Shown in pieces: positions 1-11,305 of a DNA stretch of 64,000 nt; position 1 is the first letter of the stretch, and the number at the start of each line of letters is the position of its first letter. Origin of the DNA: Mizuhopecten yessoensis. Its lineage: Eukaryota. The stretch covers positions 109,515-173,514 of the forward strand of contig NW_018408739.1 in the NCBI RefSeq assembly GCF_002113885.1, read 5' to 3'. The notes under the pieces were generated by a model. The model saw only the letters and a program-made list of their open reading frames with translations, was not told the DNA's origin and did no database searches. The translations under genes were made by a program, and so were the position numbers.

Positions 1-654
1 ACAGTAGTTCATCAGAAAATATACTAAATCATAAATAGGATTATATACCATAAACACGTGTTTCTAAAACCTGAACGATACGAAATCAAGTTGCTCTCAA
101 TATTGACATAACGAAACTTCCATCACTTCTTAATATATATCTCTGACCGAGAACAACATACTAAGTGTTCGTATTTCACTTCAGGGCGTACACTTACAGA
201 ACAGAGTATAATAATAATTATATATCTCTAAACGGGTACAAAATATCAAGTGTTCTTATTACACTACAAGGCGTATACTAAGAGAACAGAGCCTTGGATT
301 TGCAATTATAACAAAATCACAAAATCACACAATAAACTAATTCAGTGATTCATACATTTTCATTTTTAAGATGGGATTTATGTACATGTGTATGCTTATA
401 TATAATTTTATATATAATCTGGGATTCACAATGTTTATACCAAAAACATATATTGTATCGATTTGATCTGATTGTGAACGTAATAAACGATATATGAAAA
501 AATACCATGTTCCTTTCTTAAATTACTGTAAGAACGTATGTGCACCTCCTTTACTGCTACAAACAAAATCTTTCCAGTAACTCATGTCACAGGTGTGATT
601 TCCTTCCTTTTGTTCTCTATGTATAGGTTGCGGACTTGTTGGAAGTTTTATTAA

Positions 655-737
655 CCCTTTCACCCCTAGTTAACTTTAGTAGACTCTACCATGCATTGAT
701 CTGGATGAGTCCATTATGGTCTACAGTGGTGAAAGGG
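655..737 (+). mobile_element. 83-bp piggyBac-like MITE, TTAA-flanked
   Basis: TTAA|CCCTTTCACC...GGTGAAAGGG|TTAA. A near-identical inverted copy lies at 19485-19567. Confidence 0.8.
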
Positions 738-972
738 TTAACTTAGTTTGATAAAAATGTTTCATTATATTTTATATGGCACAAATAGATAAAAGGAGTG
801 ACTGTTAGCCAACAGCAAGGCAACATCAATATTTCAAGGGGAAACCCTTTAATTTCATTGCAAAAATTTAAACTTTATAAATACAAACAATTATGCCATG
901 CCATTACAATTCGTCTCAAGGTTATAAAGTACAGATGTACTCTCGTTTATCCAACGAAATAATTTGAAGTAA

Positions 973-1335
973 AACAAGAGGCACAATGGGCCTGCATCGC
1001 TCACCTGGTATTAATCTCACACTTGTAATCTTAATAGTGGACTAAATTTAAGCTACAGGCAGAATACCAGTGTTTGATTCATAAGAACCTTCTAAAAGAT
1101 TTAAACATATGACGCCTGTGACCTCGAATGTAAAACAAGGACATTAGGTTGAAAGTTGGTCATCCCAGCATGCTACAGGCCCAATTTCAGTACCCTTGAC
1201 CTTTTGGTTATTGAGAAGAAGTTGTTTGAAGATTTTACGACATTTGACCCCTGTGACCTTGGAAGTGGGTCAAGGTCATTCATTTAAACAAACTTGGTAC
1301 CTCTGCATCCCAGCATGCTACAGGCCCAATACCAG
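973..1335 (+). mobile_element. Helentron/HINE-type non-autonomous element fragment
   Basis: 5' AACAAGAGGCACAATGGGCCTGCATCGCTCACCTGG, with the same terminus inverted at 27668-27703. Internal repeats contain TGACCTTG...GGTCAAGGTCA and catcccagcatgctacaggcccaat. Confidence 0.6.
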
Positions 1336-1404
1336 ATGAGCTAAAATCATGTTGTGTTATTTTCTTATATTGATCAATGATGGCGAAAAGAACTTAAGCC
1401 TTGA

Positions 1405-2125
1405 ATACTAGAAAACAGGTAAGGGAGTACCTAAAACCTGTATACTAGACAACAGGGAAGGGAAAACCCAAAACCTTGTCAAGTATACTAGACAACAGGA
1501 AAGAGAGTACCTAAAACCTTGTCCAGTATACTGGACAACAGGGAAGGGAGTACCCAAAACATTGCCCTGTATACTAGACAACAGGGAAGGGAGTACCCAA
1601 AACCTTGTCCAGTATACTAGCCAACAGGGAAGAGAGTATCCAAAACCTTGTCCAGTATACTAGACAACAGGGAAGGGAGTACCTAAAACCTTGCCCTGTA
1701 TACTAGACAACAGGGAAGGGAAAACCCAAAACCTTGTCCAGTATACTGGACAACAGGGAAGGGAGTACCCAAAACCTTGTCCAGTACACTAGACAACAGG
1801 GAAGAGAGAACCCAAAACCTTGTCCAGTATACTAGCCAACAGGGAAGAGAGTACCCAAAACCTTGTCCAGTATACTAGACAATAGGGAAGGGAGTACCCA
1901 AAACCTTGTCCAGTATACTAGACAACAGGGAAGGGAGTACCCGAAACATTGCCCTGTATACTAGACAACAGGGAAGGGAGTACCCAAAACCTTGTACAGT
2001 ATACTAGACAACAGGGAAGAGAGTACCCAAAACCTTGTCCAGTATACTAGACAACAGGGAAGGGAGTACCCAAAACCTTGTCCAGTATACTAGACAACAG
2101 GGAAGGGAGTACCGAAAATGTTGTC
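1405..2125 (+). repeat. 43-bp minisatellite, ~17 copies
   Basis: Unit ccaaaaccttgtccagtatactagacaacagggaagggagtac, contiguous with no spacers. Confidence 0.95.
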
Positions 2126-2872
2126 TAGAACATAATTATTACTTGAAATACGAAGAAAAATTACAGAAAATGAAAAGGTAATCAAGAACATATTTTGTAA
2201 ACTTCACTATAAGTGTAGGTAGTACCCAAATCCAATAAACAGACAACAGTGAATGTTATACCTAAAATCCTAAAAATCTTACCAGACAATGAGGAAGGTA
2301 CGTGTACATCGTACCAAAAATCTTATCCAGTATACAACATTATTGCGTAAAGAGTTAAAATCATAGATTCATTACATTAAAGATAAATAATGTATGTGCA
2401 ACACTACCTACATGTTTTCTATATATACATATATTTCTACACTAAATATATATTTCATTATATATATATATATATACAAAATAAATGTTTGTTTATTCAA
2501 CCCATTGGTTTTATACACTGAGCAATTAAGTAAATGTCAAAGTTCCCTCTTTGAGAGGGATTGTCCGTCTATTAGCTCTAAATGAAAATATATACTATTC
2601 AATTCCTCTGAAGGCAAATTATCATTAAAACAAAACAAAAACTAATAAAACAAGATGTAACTGGACCATGGAACAAAAGTAATGCAGGAAAATGATTTTT
2701 GTGCTTTTATCTCTCTATGGGAGTTTGGCTTGAGGGACAAATCCCTCTGATGACGGTCAAGAAGCTGACATGTACATGCATAACATTTCATTCCATTAAA
2801 ATAGCAAGTAAGCACACACTATGCATGGATAAATCAGGCTTCAACTTCATGACTCTTAATTAGAGTTTGATA

Positions 2873-3230
2873 GGAGGCACGGTAGTCTAATGGTAGGGAG
2901 CAGGGCTTGTGACTGAAGGGTTGCGGGTTCGAGTCACGTCATAGCACTGTGTTGTATCTGTAACAGCTAAGGTACATCTGTATATGAGGGGGGAAATATT
3001 GCCTTACTGGCAAGCTAGCTTTCCAGTGATGTGGTATAACCCAGGGACCCAGAAGTTGGATGGGTGACCGCCCGCACATAACATATCTTTGAACAAGATA
3101 CTTTACTCAGCCTGTTCCAGTCTACTCAGCTGTAAATGAGTATGTGGTAGGGCAGTGCTCAAATTGTTGAATGCAGCTAGCTGTGATCTAAGGCCCTATA
3201 ACCACGGATTAAACTTTGTGAACTGCTTTC
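2873..3230 (+). mobile_element. tRNA-derived CORE-like SINE, interrupted by a 125-bp insert
   Basis: A-box ggtagtctaatggtagg and B-box gggttcgagtcac. Body ctttgaacaagatactttactc...ctcagctgtaaatgagt matches the copies at 7132, 37653 and 56622. Confidence 0.8.
2959..3083 (+). mobile_element. Solo-LTR-like insert (TGT...ACA, TSD TATC) containing a 5S rRNA C-box
   Basis: Absent from the other SINE copies. TATC is duplicated at 2955-2958 and 3084-3087. TTGGATGGGTGACCGCC at 3056-3072 matches the 5S rRNA internal-control C-box. Confidence 0.65.
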
Positions 3231-4007
3231 TGTCGTTGGCCAATGAATAGCAATAGTATCCTTGGCTTTGAACTTTGGGCCCTGAAATACAAACTCTTCC
3301 AAGGTATTCTCACATTTAATCTTGTATAAACGCTGCCAAAATTCTGTTCAAACTGAAGTTGGTCGTTAGGGTCATGACATTGAATAGTGATGGGACTGGC
3401 CTGTGACAGGATGGGTCAGGACCGGATTGGGCTGCGAGAGGATTAAACAGGAAAGGACGGGATGGGACGGACATGGGTAACACTATATGCCCCACCCACA
3501 TGAGGGTCATAATTGCACAAGTAATTTATGAAATTGTGAAAAATGGTCATAACCGGTTGAGGTACATTGTACTACCTCTTTCTAATGAAGAAAACAAGGA
3601 CTGTAAAGTATAGGGAGAAGGGAAACAACTCTGCTTCATGAGAAATTGAAGCCTGATTCATCATTTCCATATAAATATAAATCTTTTATCAATAATTAAT
3701 CTTTTTTCACATTTTATGTACATCATGCGATTGTAAAAAAAAATCTGCATTTGAAATATGTAACAATGTGTAATTATCAAATTTAGGGTAATTAAGACAA
3801 TCATTCTATAATATTACCAATAATCTTAAATTGTGTATATTGTAAATAACAACAAACATAAGCTCTGCAAAGTAATAAAAACAAAACCTTCAAGACATCA
3901 CTTCATTTTTTATCACCTGTTGATATATACCGAAATTCTCGGAGAGAGTGATTGTTTTTCAGAAGCTCATACTTGATTTCACACAAGGTGGTCAGTAGGT
4001 GGTCAGT

Positions 4008-4210
4008 AGGTGCAGTGTATAGCGCACTTGCCTTTCACCAAGTCAACCAGGGTTTGATTCCCCGATCGGACGTGAAAAGGTAAGGGGTCACCTGCCCGAC
4101 CGCCTGGGTTTTCTCCAGGTATTCCGGTTTCCTCCCACATTAAGACCCCCATACGCTAACATCCGGGCCAACAGAAGTGATTTATATAAGTTGAAATAAA
4201 TAAAGTTTAT
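4008..4210 (+). mobile_element. V-SINE (tRNA head plus V domain)
   Basis: tRNA-like head (ggtgcagtgtatagcgcac...gggtttgattcccc), V-domain tgggttttctccaggtattccggtttcctcccaca, and an A-rich tail. Confidence 0.75.
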
Positions 4211-4303
4211 AAATATATTTCACACAGTATTAAATCTCTGTATACCTAAGCCATCACAGTAGTACAAATTCCATTCTTTTTTCTAATTATTTAGGAATCA
4301 ATA

Positions 4304-4489
4304 TTCCGTCTTTTCGTATTGCAGAGTTATCTGCTCTTGTGAGGAGGTATTGATTGTTACGTCATCTGTTTGTGAGAGTAACGTCATCAGTTTTTGAGAA
4401 AACGACGTAATTTTCTCACACAAACCAATAACGTAACAATCAATACCTGCTCACGAGAGAAGATAACTCTGCAATACGCAAAGACGGAA
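4304..4489. mobile_element. ~186-bp palindromic MITE with TA TSD (Tc1/mariner-type), copy 1 of 7
   Basis: TA|TTCCGTCTTT(G/T)CGTATTGCAGAGTTATCT...AGATAACTCTGCAATACGCAAAGACGGAA|TA, with ~60-bp TIRs. Confidence 0.85.
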
Positions 4490-4504
4490 TATAAAGTTTA
4501 GAGT

Positions 4505-4856
4505 GATTAATAGAATCTTCCTCTACCTTGAGGTTGTGACAGAGATATTTCCTACCCCAAGGGTTGGAGATTTCTCTGTTACAACCTCAAAGTACAGGAA
4601 GGGGATGATTATTTTTCTCCCATCCTATTATTTCAGTCACAACTCCACAGACAGTAGTCTGCCATGTTTGTAAAGAAATACACATGTGGGGTATGAATAA
4701 CGTCATTCACTTTTGATGACGTCACAATTACCGGTGACACATTTTAATGACGTCACATTTGAACATGTGCTAATCGGCACGAGGCTATCTCAAGATGACA
4801 AGCTGATCTTTCCCGCCTAAAACAGGAGACACACCTCAGGGTGGGAGAAATAATTA
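4505..4856. mobile_element. Non-autonomous DNA element with terminal hairpin and subterminal inverted repeat (Crypton-like architecture)
   Basis: Hairpin cttcctctaccttgaggttgtgacagaga / tctctgttacaacctcaaagtacaggaag. Inverted pair ttatttttctcccatcct / agggtgggagaaataa. Superfamily assignment is tentative. Confidence 0.45.
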
Positions 4857-5137
4857 TCAAATAGAGTGATATATTTTTCAAGTGCCAGGCTTAAAAAAAC
4901 CCACAGTTGTATCATTTACAAGTTTTATAATATGGTAAAAAGGATTATTCCATCACATCCGAAACTAACAACCACATACATGTAAAAGATCCTACACAAT
5001 ATATAAACCGTCATCTCAAAACTAGCAACCACATACATGTAAAAGATCCTACACAATATATAAACCGTCATCTCAATACTAAAGAAATTTGTGTTATTCC
5101 ACTCAAACACAAAGATAACCTACATAAAAATAGTTAA

Positions 5138-5581
5138 CAGTTAAAGTATGAGTATGAGGGATATAGCAAGTTTATGATCCCGCGAGGCCAGGACTATTTC
5201 CCGAGGCAAAGCCGAGGGAAATAGTCCTGGACGAGGGGGATCATAAACTTGCTATATATCCCGAAATACACATACTTCAACTGTTTTATTATACCGATAC
5301 AAACACTCCCTTACAATATTCTAAATATTATTAGACAACAAATTTTCAACAGTTGGGACACTTTATTAACAAAACTAAAATTTTCTGATTGTGCTGATTG
5401 GTCAATATTCGGTCAGGCCCCGCCCACGACGTCACTCAATTTCCCGCATTTTCCCAGGGAAATAGTTTCAAAACTATCGCACCCCTCCAGACGAACGATT
5501 TCCCTGGCATGCAGTAAGAGGGGAAATAGCTTGTTTATGTGGTTACTTTTGTATAGTGTAAAATAAGTAGAGGTATAATAA
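5138..5581. mobile_element. Non-autonomous DNA element with ~145-nt hairpin (centre ccgaggcaaagccgagg) and subterminal inverted repeat
   Basis: Long stem at 5138-5283. ttattatacc (~5287) pairs with ggtataataa (~5572). Confidence 0.5.
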
Positions 5582-6165
5582 TTCTATATTAAGTTAACTG
5601 AACCTGCTTATAGTTTTATGAAACATGACATGTAACAGCCCCACTCCAACCATTTTTATTTACCATACATTTCCATGTACATTGAATCTGTGTAATCTAT
5701 AATCTAGAATAGACATGGTATATCTATTCAAAGTGAAGATAACCTGACAACATCCACATGGAAGTGATCTGTGAACTATGAGGGCACACCTTGTGTGTTG
5801 ACACATTGTTAACATTGCAAAGAAAATTGGCGATCACCTTCATGTAGATGTTGTCCAGCCATCTTTGCTTTGAGTTACTTTTTGTGCTGGACTCTGAATT
5901 TCCTTAGGAATCCATCCACAAAAGGCTACTGAACATCATTCACCCCTGAAATATCATAATGAACTATTCCAACCTTTGAATTGGAACAGTTCAAATGTGT
6001 CTTCAGGGGTAAATGAATTCAATGAAAATTATCTTCATTCCAGACAGAATACTGAAACTGGTTCTGAATGTTCATGATCTAGACAAGATCTACTTATAAA
6101 TACATACACCTTTATACATATTTTGTGTCTGTTTCCTTTGACTTTTTACATCTTAGGTCATTCTT

Positions 6166-9100
6166 TCAAACATCGCCATTGACAATTGTACAATTCGGCA
6201 ATTCAGCTTGCAAGAGTTGTTTTTCCGTGTCATCATTGAAATCAAACACCAACACACTCAACCTTTTACAAGCCTTGAGTGACGACAGACCAGAGATGGT
6301 GAGTCTGCTGTTCGATTTGAGATCTAGATATTCCAGCTTTTGTAGCCCGGATGACAAAGTCTCCACGGCAGAATCGTTGAGCAGACTACAGTTCGACATA
6401 TTCAGGTGACGGAGATTTTTGAGATGACGTGATATGTGATGAACGGCAAGTTCAGTGCACTGTGTATAACTCAGTTCAAGCCGTTCTAGCAGGGGTAGGG
6501 ACGTTGCGACATGTTTGATTCCCTTTTCATTCAATCTGTAAAGTCCATTTAATTTTAATGTTTTCATTCTCGTCCAATTTCCAATGTCATGCATGTCAAA
6601 ACTGTCCACCCTGCAGCAACAAGACAGGTCCAAGTCCACAATATTTTTCAGATTGTTTTCGTTTCCCTTTAGCCAGCGTGGTTGCCATGAGCAACCATGT
6701 AGCACCAGTCGAGTGAGGGAGCCTGGTAGGTTGCCAGCAGAGATGTTGTCAGTTTTACACATATGAAGGTGAAGGTCACAAATGTTTGGACATCTCTCTC
6801 CGAGATCCCGTAACATCGCGTCTGACAAAGACGGTTTCTTTTGCTTGCGTCCCCCTTAAATATAAAAAGGTTTTCTATTCAATCCCTATTCATCTGCTAA
6901 ATAACTGAACTTCTCGTTAGTGTAGCGGACGTACAACTCTCAAACAAACAAGCAAGGGTAATATTCAATCTCTATATAGATATAGTTATGAATTTTAATA
7001 TTTATTGAACATTCATTGAATTTTTTTTTTATTAAGCATTACATGATGCTATTATGTATCAAGCATAATGTCTACTGACAGAACTCTAAACAGGATCGCA
7101 AACACAGCAAATCAGGTATGTTATGCAATATGAGGTACGGTAGTCTAGTGGTAGGATGCCGGGCTCGTGACCGAAGGGTTGCGGGTTCGAATCACGTCAC
7201 AGCGCTGTGTTGAATCTTTGAACAAGATACTTTACTCTGCTTGTTCCAGTCTACTCAGCTGTAAATGAGTACGTGGTTGGTAAGTGCTCGAATTGTTGAA
7301 TGCTAGCTGCGAGTGTCAAAATGGCAGCACCTGCTGTATGCTTCCCAAGGAGTTGAAAAAGATATTGGCTGGTTGCAAAGGCCCTATAACCACGGATAAT
7401 AATTTGTGAACCGCTTTGAGACGACCTACAAACTAGTTTGTGATAAAGCGGTATATAAGAACCTCAAATTATTACATATTTTTCCCAATTGTTTATTTGT
7501 AAGCCACAGGCCTCATTCCCAAATCAATAAGAAAAAAGCCCTGCATACAATATTATAACATACATATGTAGCCTAAAATATCATTGTCTTGGCTTTATAT
7601 CAATTATCTCCATTGTGTTGTAAAATCATAATCTAGAAATCTGTGACATATAAAATAAAATAAAGTATAAAGCTAAACTATACTTGTTTCTCTACCCTTC
7701 TTACATAGTCATATATTATAATATTAACAAGCATACTGAGTATTTCTAAAGCAATACATGTCCCCTACCGGCCCCTGCTAGCTATACACTGTAATGATTT
7801 ATAAAAATGGTGCCCTTTGGTGTTAATTTGGGAAAATGAAAATTATACAATCAGCTTGTACCTGAATTTAATGTAATTTTTCTATTCTACATTACCATCA
7901 CTCATATTGTAAAAAATAAATCAGAATAAATGAATTTTCATGTATACTGCATATAACACACACATTTGACACTTTAAGTTCAGTAATGAACCGATTATAT
8001 CGATTATGGAATTAGTTACCAAAATCGGAATCGATCGATGTTCAATTGTTATATCGATCATCAGTCCATAACTGGTTTCAACTAGTCCAGGATTTTGTAT
8101 TAATAGCAACGGTGGCCCACCTCAACTCTACAACCCTGAAACTCAAACGTGTCCGAGATATTATGGTCTTTTGTAATTGTGTGAAGTTTGATCAAAATCC
8201 CTGAAGGAGTGAAGCCGCTAGAGCACTGACAACAATTTTCTAAAAATAGTAACAGTGACCTTGACCAAACAACCCTGAAACTCAAACTTCTCCAAGATAT
8301 TATGGTCCTTTGTAATTGTTTGAAGTTTGAACAAAAACCCTTCAAGGAATGAAGCCGCTAGAGTGCTGACAAGGATTTTCTAAAAATATTAAGGGTGACC
8401 TTCACCTTGACCTAACAACCCTGAAACTCAAACGTGTCTGATATATTATGGTCTTTTGTAATTGTGTGAGGTTTGATCAAAATCCCTTCAAGGAATGAAG
8501 CTGCTAGAGCACTGACAAGGATTTTCTAAAAATAGTAACAGTGACCTTGACCAAACAACCCTGAAACTCAAACTTCTCCAAGATATTATGGTCCTTTGTA
8601 ATTTTGTGAAGTTTGATCAAAAACCCTCCAGGAATGAAGCTGCTAGAACACTGACAAGGATTTTCTAAAAATAGTAACAGTGACCTTGACCAAACAACCC
8701 TGAAACTCAAACTTCTCCAAGATATTATGGTCCTTTGTAATTGTGTGAAGTTTGATCAAAAACCCTTCAAGGAATGAAGCCGCTAGAGCACTGACAAGGA
8801 TTTTCTAAAAATAGTAACGGTGACCTTCACCTTGACCTAACAACCCTGAAACTCAAACTTGTCCGAGATATTATGGTCCTTTGTAATTGTGTGAAGTTTG
8901 ATCAAAAACCCTTCAAGGAATGAAGCCGCTAGAGCACTGACAAGGACTTTCTAAAAATAGTAACGGTGACCTTCACCTTGACCTAACAACCCTGAAACTC
9001 AAACTTGTCCGAGATATTATGGTCCTTTGTAATTTTGTGAAGTTTGATCAAAAACCCTCCAGGAATGCAGCCCCTAGAGTGCTGACAAACATTGGTGTCC

Positions 9101-11067
9101 ACAGACGGACGGAGAGGAATCCTATAGTCCCCTTGATTTCACTGGTAGGGGACTAATCAGATTATATGACGATGATGGTTGGCCGGTTTTGATTTTAGTA
9201 AGCAAAAATGAAAATGTATATTTCACAAACATAAACCGTACAGTGGGTCTATAATTTCAAGACAGCGCATGCTAATGTAGGTTATATTTTTTTAACAGAT
9301 TATGTTAAGTACCTGAATCCACAAAACCGCGTACTTTCATTGTGAGAAGACACTCTGAGAAGTGAGCGCGGATCACCTTCCACATCTTTTGTAGGTTAAG
9401 GCGGTAGGGGAGGAGGTCTACATGTCTCCACAGTGTATTGTCCCTTACCACACGACGCCATGACCTGCAGACACTGAAACAACACAGCTCTGTTGAGAAT
9501 TGGTTGACATTGAAAAAATACGGAGAAAATATGGGGAAAATGCAGAAAAACAGACTGAAAATATTTGATATGGAGAAATTGGACTAAGCCAAATTTACAA
9601 ATTCAGAATACGATTGTGGACTTATGGAAAAATACGAAAAAAATGATGATTAATAAACACAGCAACTTCGGGCCATCTAGAACCCTGGTATATGGTTGGT
9701 CACTTTTCACATTCAAATTCTGAAAGCATTCAGGTCATTTGGGTTAAGGATGCATGAACGAACAATTGTATTTGAGAAGCAAATACCAGCATATATTCAG
9801 GTATTTATGATTGATAGCTTCTTGCTATGAATGTTTATAAGTCATGAGATGCACTCTATTCCAACAATGATCCGATTTTAAGGTTTGTATTGTTTTCAAA
9901 GTTAGCTTATATATGCTGGAAAAATACATGGAAATGTCTTACTGATTAGCAATATTGTTAACAAGACATTAAAAATAGTCACACATTATAAAGTTGCCAA
10001 CCTTTATGGAAATTATTGAAAAGCGACAATTGTCAATTCTAAACAGTCCCAAAATTGTCAGTTTATGGCGGCTGAGGCTTGGGCACTAAAATATAATTAG
10101 TAGTTGAAGCAGTTGACTTTTTGTTATGGTTTAACCATAATTACTTTAATTAGGGATAATTTGTAGATAAAGCTGTAAATCTCATCCAATGATTCAAATA
10201 CTGAATGTAAACAGTGCATGATTGTTGGTGTTCACGTATTTTGAATTCTCATTTACCCTTAATTCCTTCTTTATCTGCATTATCTAGTGTCAGCATTCAT
10301 TTTCCATATTTTTTCTGTATTTCTTCGTATTTCGTTTCTCCGTATTTTGTTCATTCTTTTTCCATATATTCTCCGCATTTTTCCATTTTTTTTTCAAAAT
10401 ACGGAATAAATGCGGAAATTAGTGTCCAAATACTCCCATCCGTATTTTTCCGTATTTTTTTTATGGAGAAAATATTGAAATCTGAGGTACTGGATACCAA
10501 TTTAGGCAGATACACTGTTTAATATCGAAAAAAATGCAAACAATATATATATGTTAATACAGAAATAATAAACATCCCCAGTTTTTTTTTGGTGTCAGGT
10601 CTAGATAATAACATATAAACTGGGTGAGGTGAATGATAGGCAATTTATGTCCTTTATCCGTTGAAATGTTAATGAAAACATCCGAGGTGTTCCGATTTTG
10701 ACCACTCCACATACTGTTTTTGTGAAGTGTGAGGGGTGTCATGGGGATCGTTCCATTGGGAACAATTTTCGGACATAATGATCAATAGTGTGACTTGTGT
10801 ACTTTTTAGGCCTACGGTCGCAAGCTCATAACACAGAAGGTGCATGCTTGGAGAATGATCTAGGATTTCACTTCAAACCGGTATCCTACATATTTAAGGA
10901 TATAACACAGTCTTTTACTGTTTGAATTGCTGTCTATGTAAATTGTGCAATGGGTTATCAATTTACCTTCCAGTCCGACACAAATCCTTGACAGAGAGAT
11001 AGGACAAGATTTCTAGCAGAATATTTTCTGGTAAATGGTTGATGTTTACATCAATAACATCCGTCAT
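6166..11067 (-). CDS. FBXL12: F-box/LRR-repeat protein 12-like (SCF substrate receptor), 3 exons, 316 aa
   Basis: Exons on the minus strand: 11067-10967, 9473-9313, 6854-6166 (951 nt; GT-AG introns, phases 2 and 1). The N-terminus MTDVIDVNINHLPENILLEILSYLSVKDLCRTGSVCRSWRRVVRDNTLWRHVDL is an F-box. LWRHVDL..Y....KMW..IR resembles FBXL12. Exon 3 is the 220-aa LRR ORF. Orthology is by recollection, not a search. Confidence 0.85.
7132..7474 (+). mobile_element. Full-length tRNA-derived CORE-like SINE
   Basis: A and B boxes (tagtctagtggtagg, gggttcgaatcac), a CORE-like centre, and a 3' tail gcggtatataagaacctcaaattatta. Confidence 0.85.
7726..9157 (+). mobile_element. HINE/Helentron-type element carrying ~7 tandem 139-147-bp satellite-like repeats
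   Basis: 5' AACAAG...tgtcccctaccgg. Tandem array at ~8120-9090. 3' (GACG)n microsatellite, then atagtcccc...ggtaggggactaat terminal palindrome. Confidence 0.75.
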
Positions 11068-11305
11068 CTTGAGAAATCAACGTAGAATAAACGCTTGAAC
11101 TTGATTACATTATATGACTTTTTAGGAAGGAATTTTATTTCCAACGGGTCCCATTCCTCTTAAAAAGAACGTATTGATATAGTTTCATTATAAAATTAGA
11201 AAAATAACATAATAGGCATACTCTGCGGCATTTCCAATTTGTAGTATCTATACCGCAGACCTAACTACTTGATTTCAGAGTTATCGCCCTTGCGTAAACA
11301 AAGAG
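11068..11305. promoter_or_regulatory. Putative bidirectional promoter shared by FBXL12-like and LACTB
   Basis: The two start codons are divergent and only 238 bp apart (minus-strand ATG at 11067, plus-strand ATG at 11306). Confidence 0.7.

Noticed and set aside
1405-2125. CRISPR-like array (also 15712-18057 and 52440-53098)
   Set aside because: Contiguous tandem units with no unique spacers, no cas genes, and a eukaryotic context; these are minisatellites.
3056-3072. 5S rRNA gene
   Set aside because: Only the C-box region matches; the rest of the 120-nt gene is absent.
8100-8710. Repeated minus-strand ORFs (SFRVVWSRSLLLFLEN)
   Set aside because: These are translations of the HINE internal tandem repeat.
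9500-10490. Possible large TIR element (A-rich tacggagaaaat versus T-rich ctccgtatttt arms) in FBXL12 intron 1
   Set aside because: Inverted similarity is visible, but I could not define termini or a TSD reliably.
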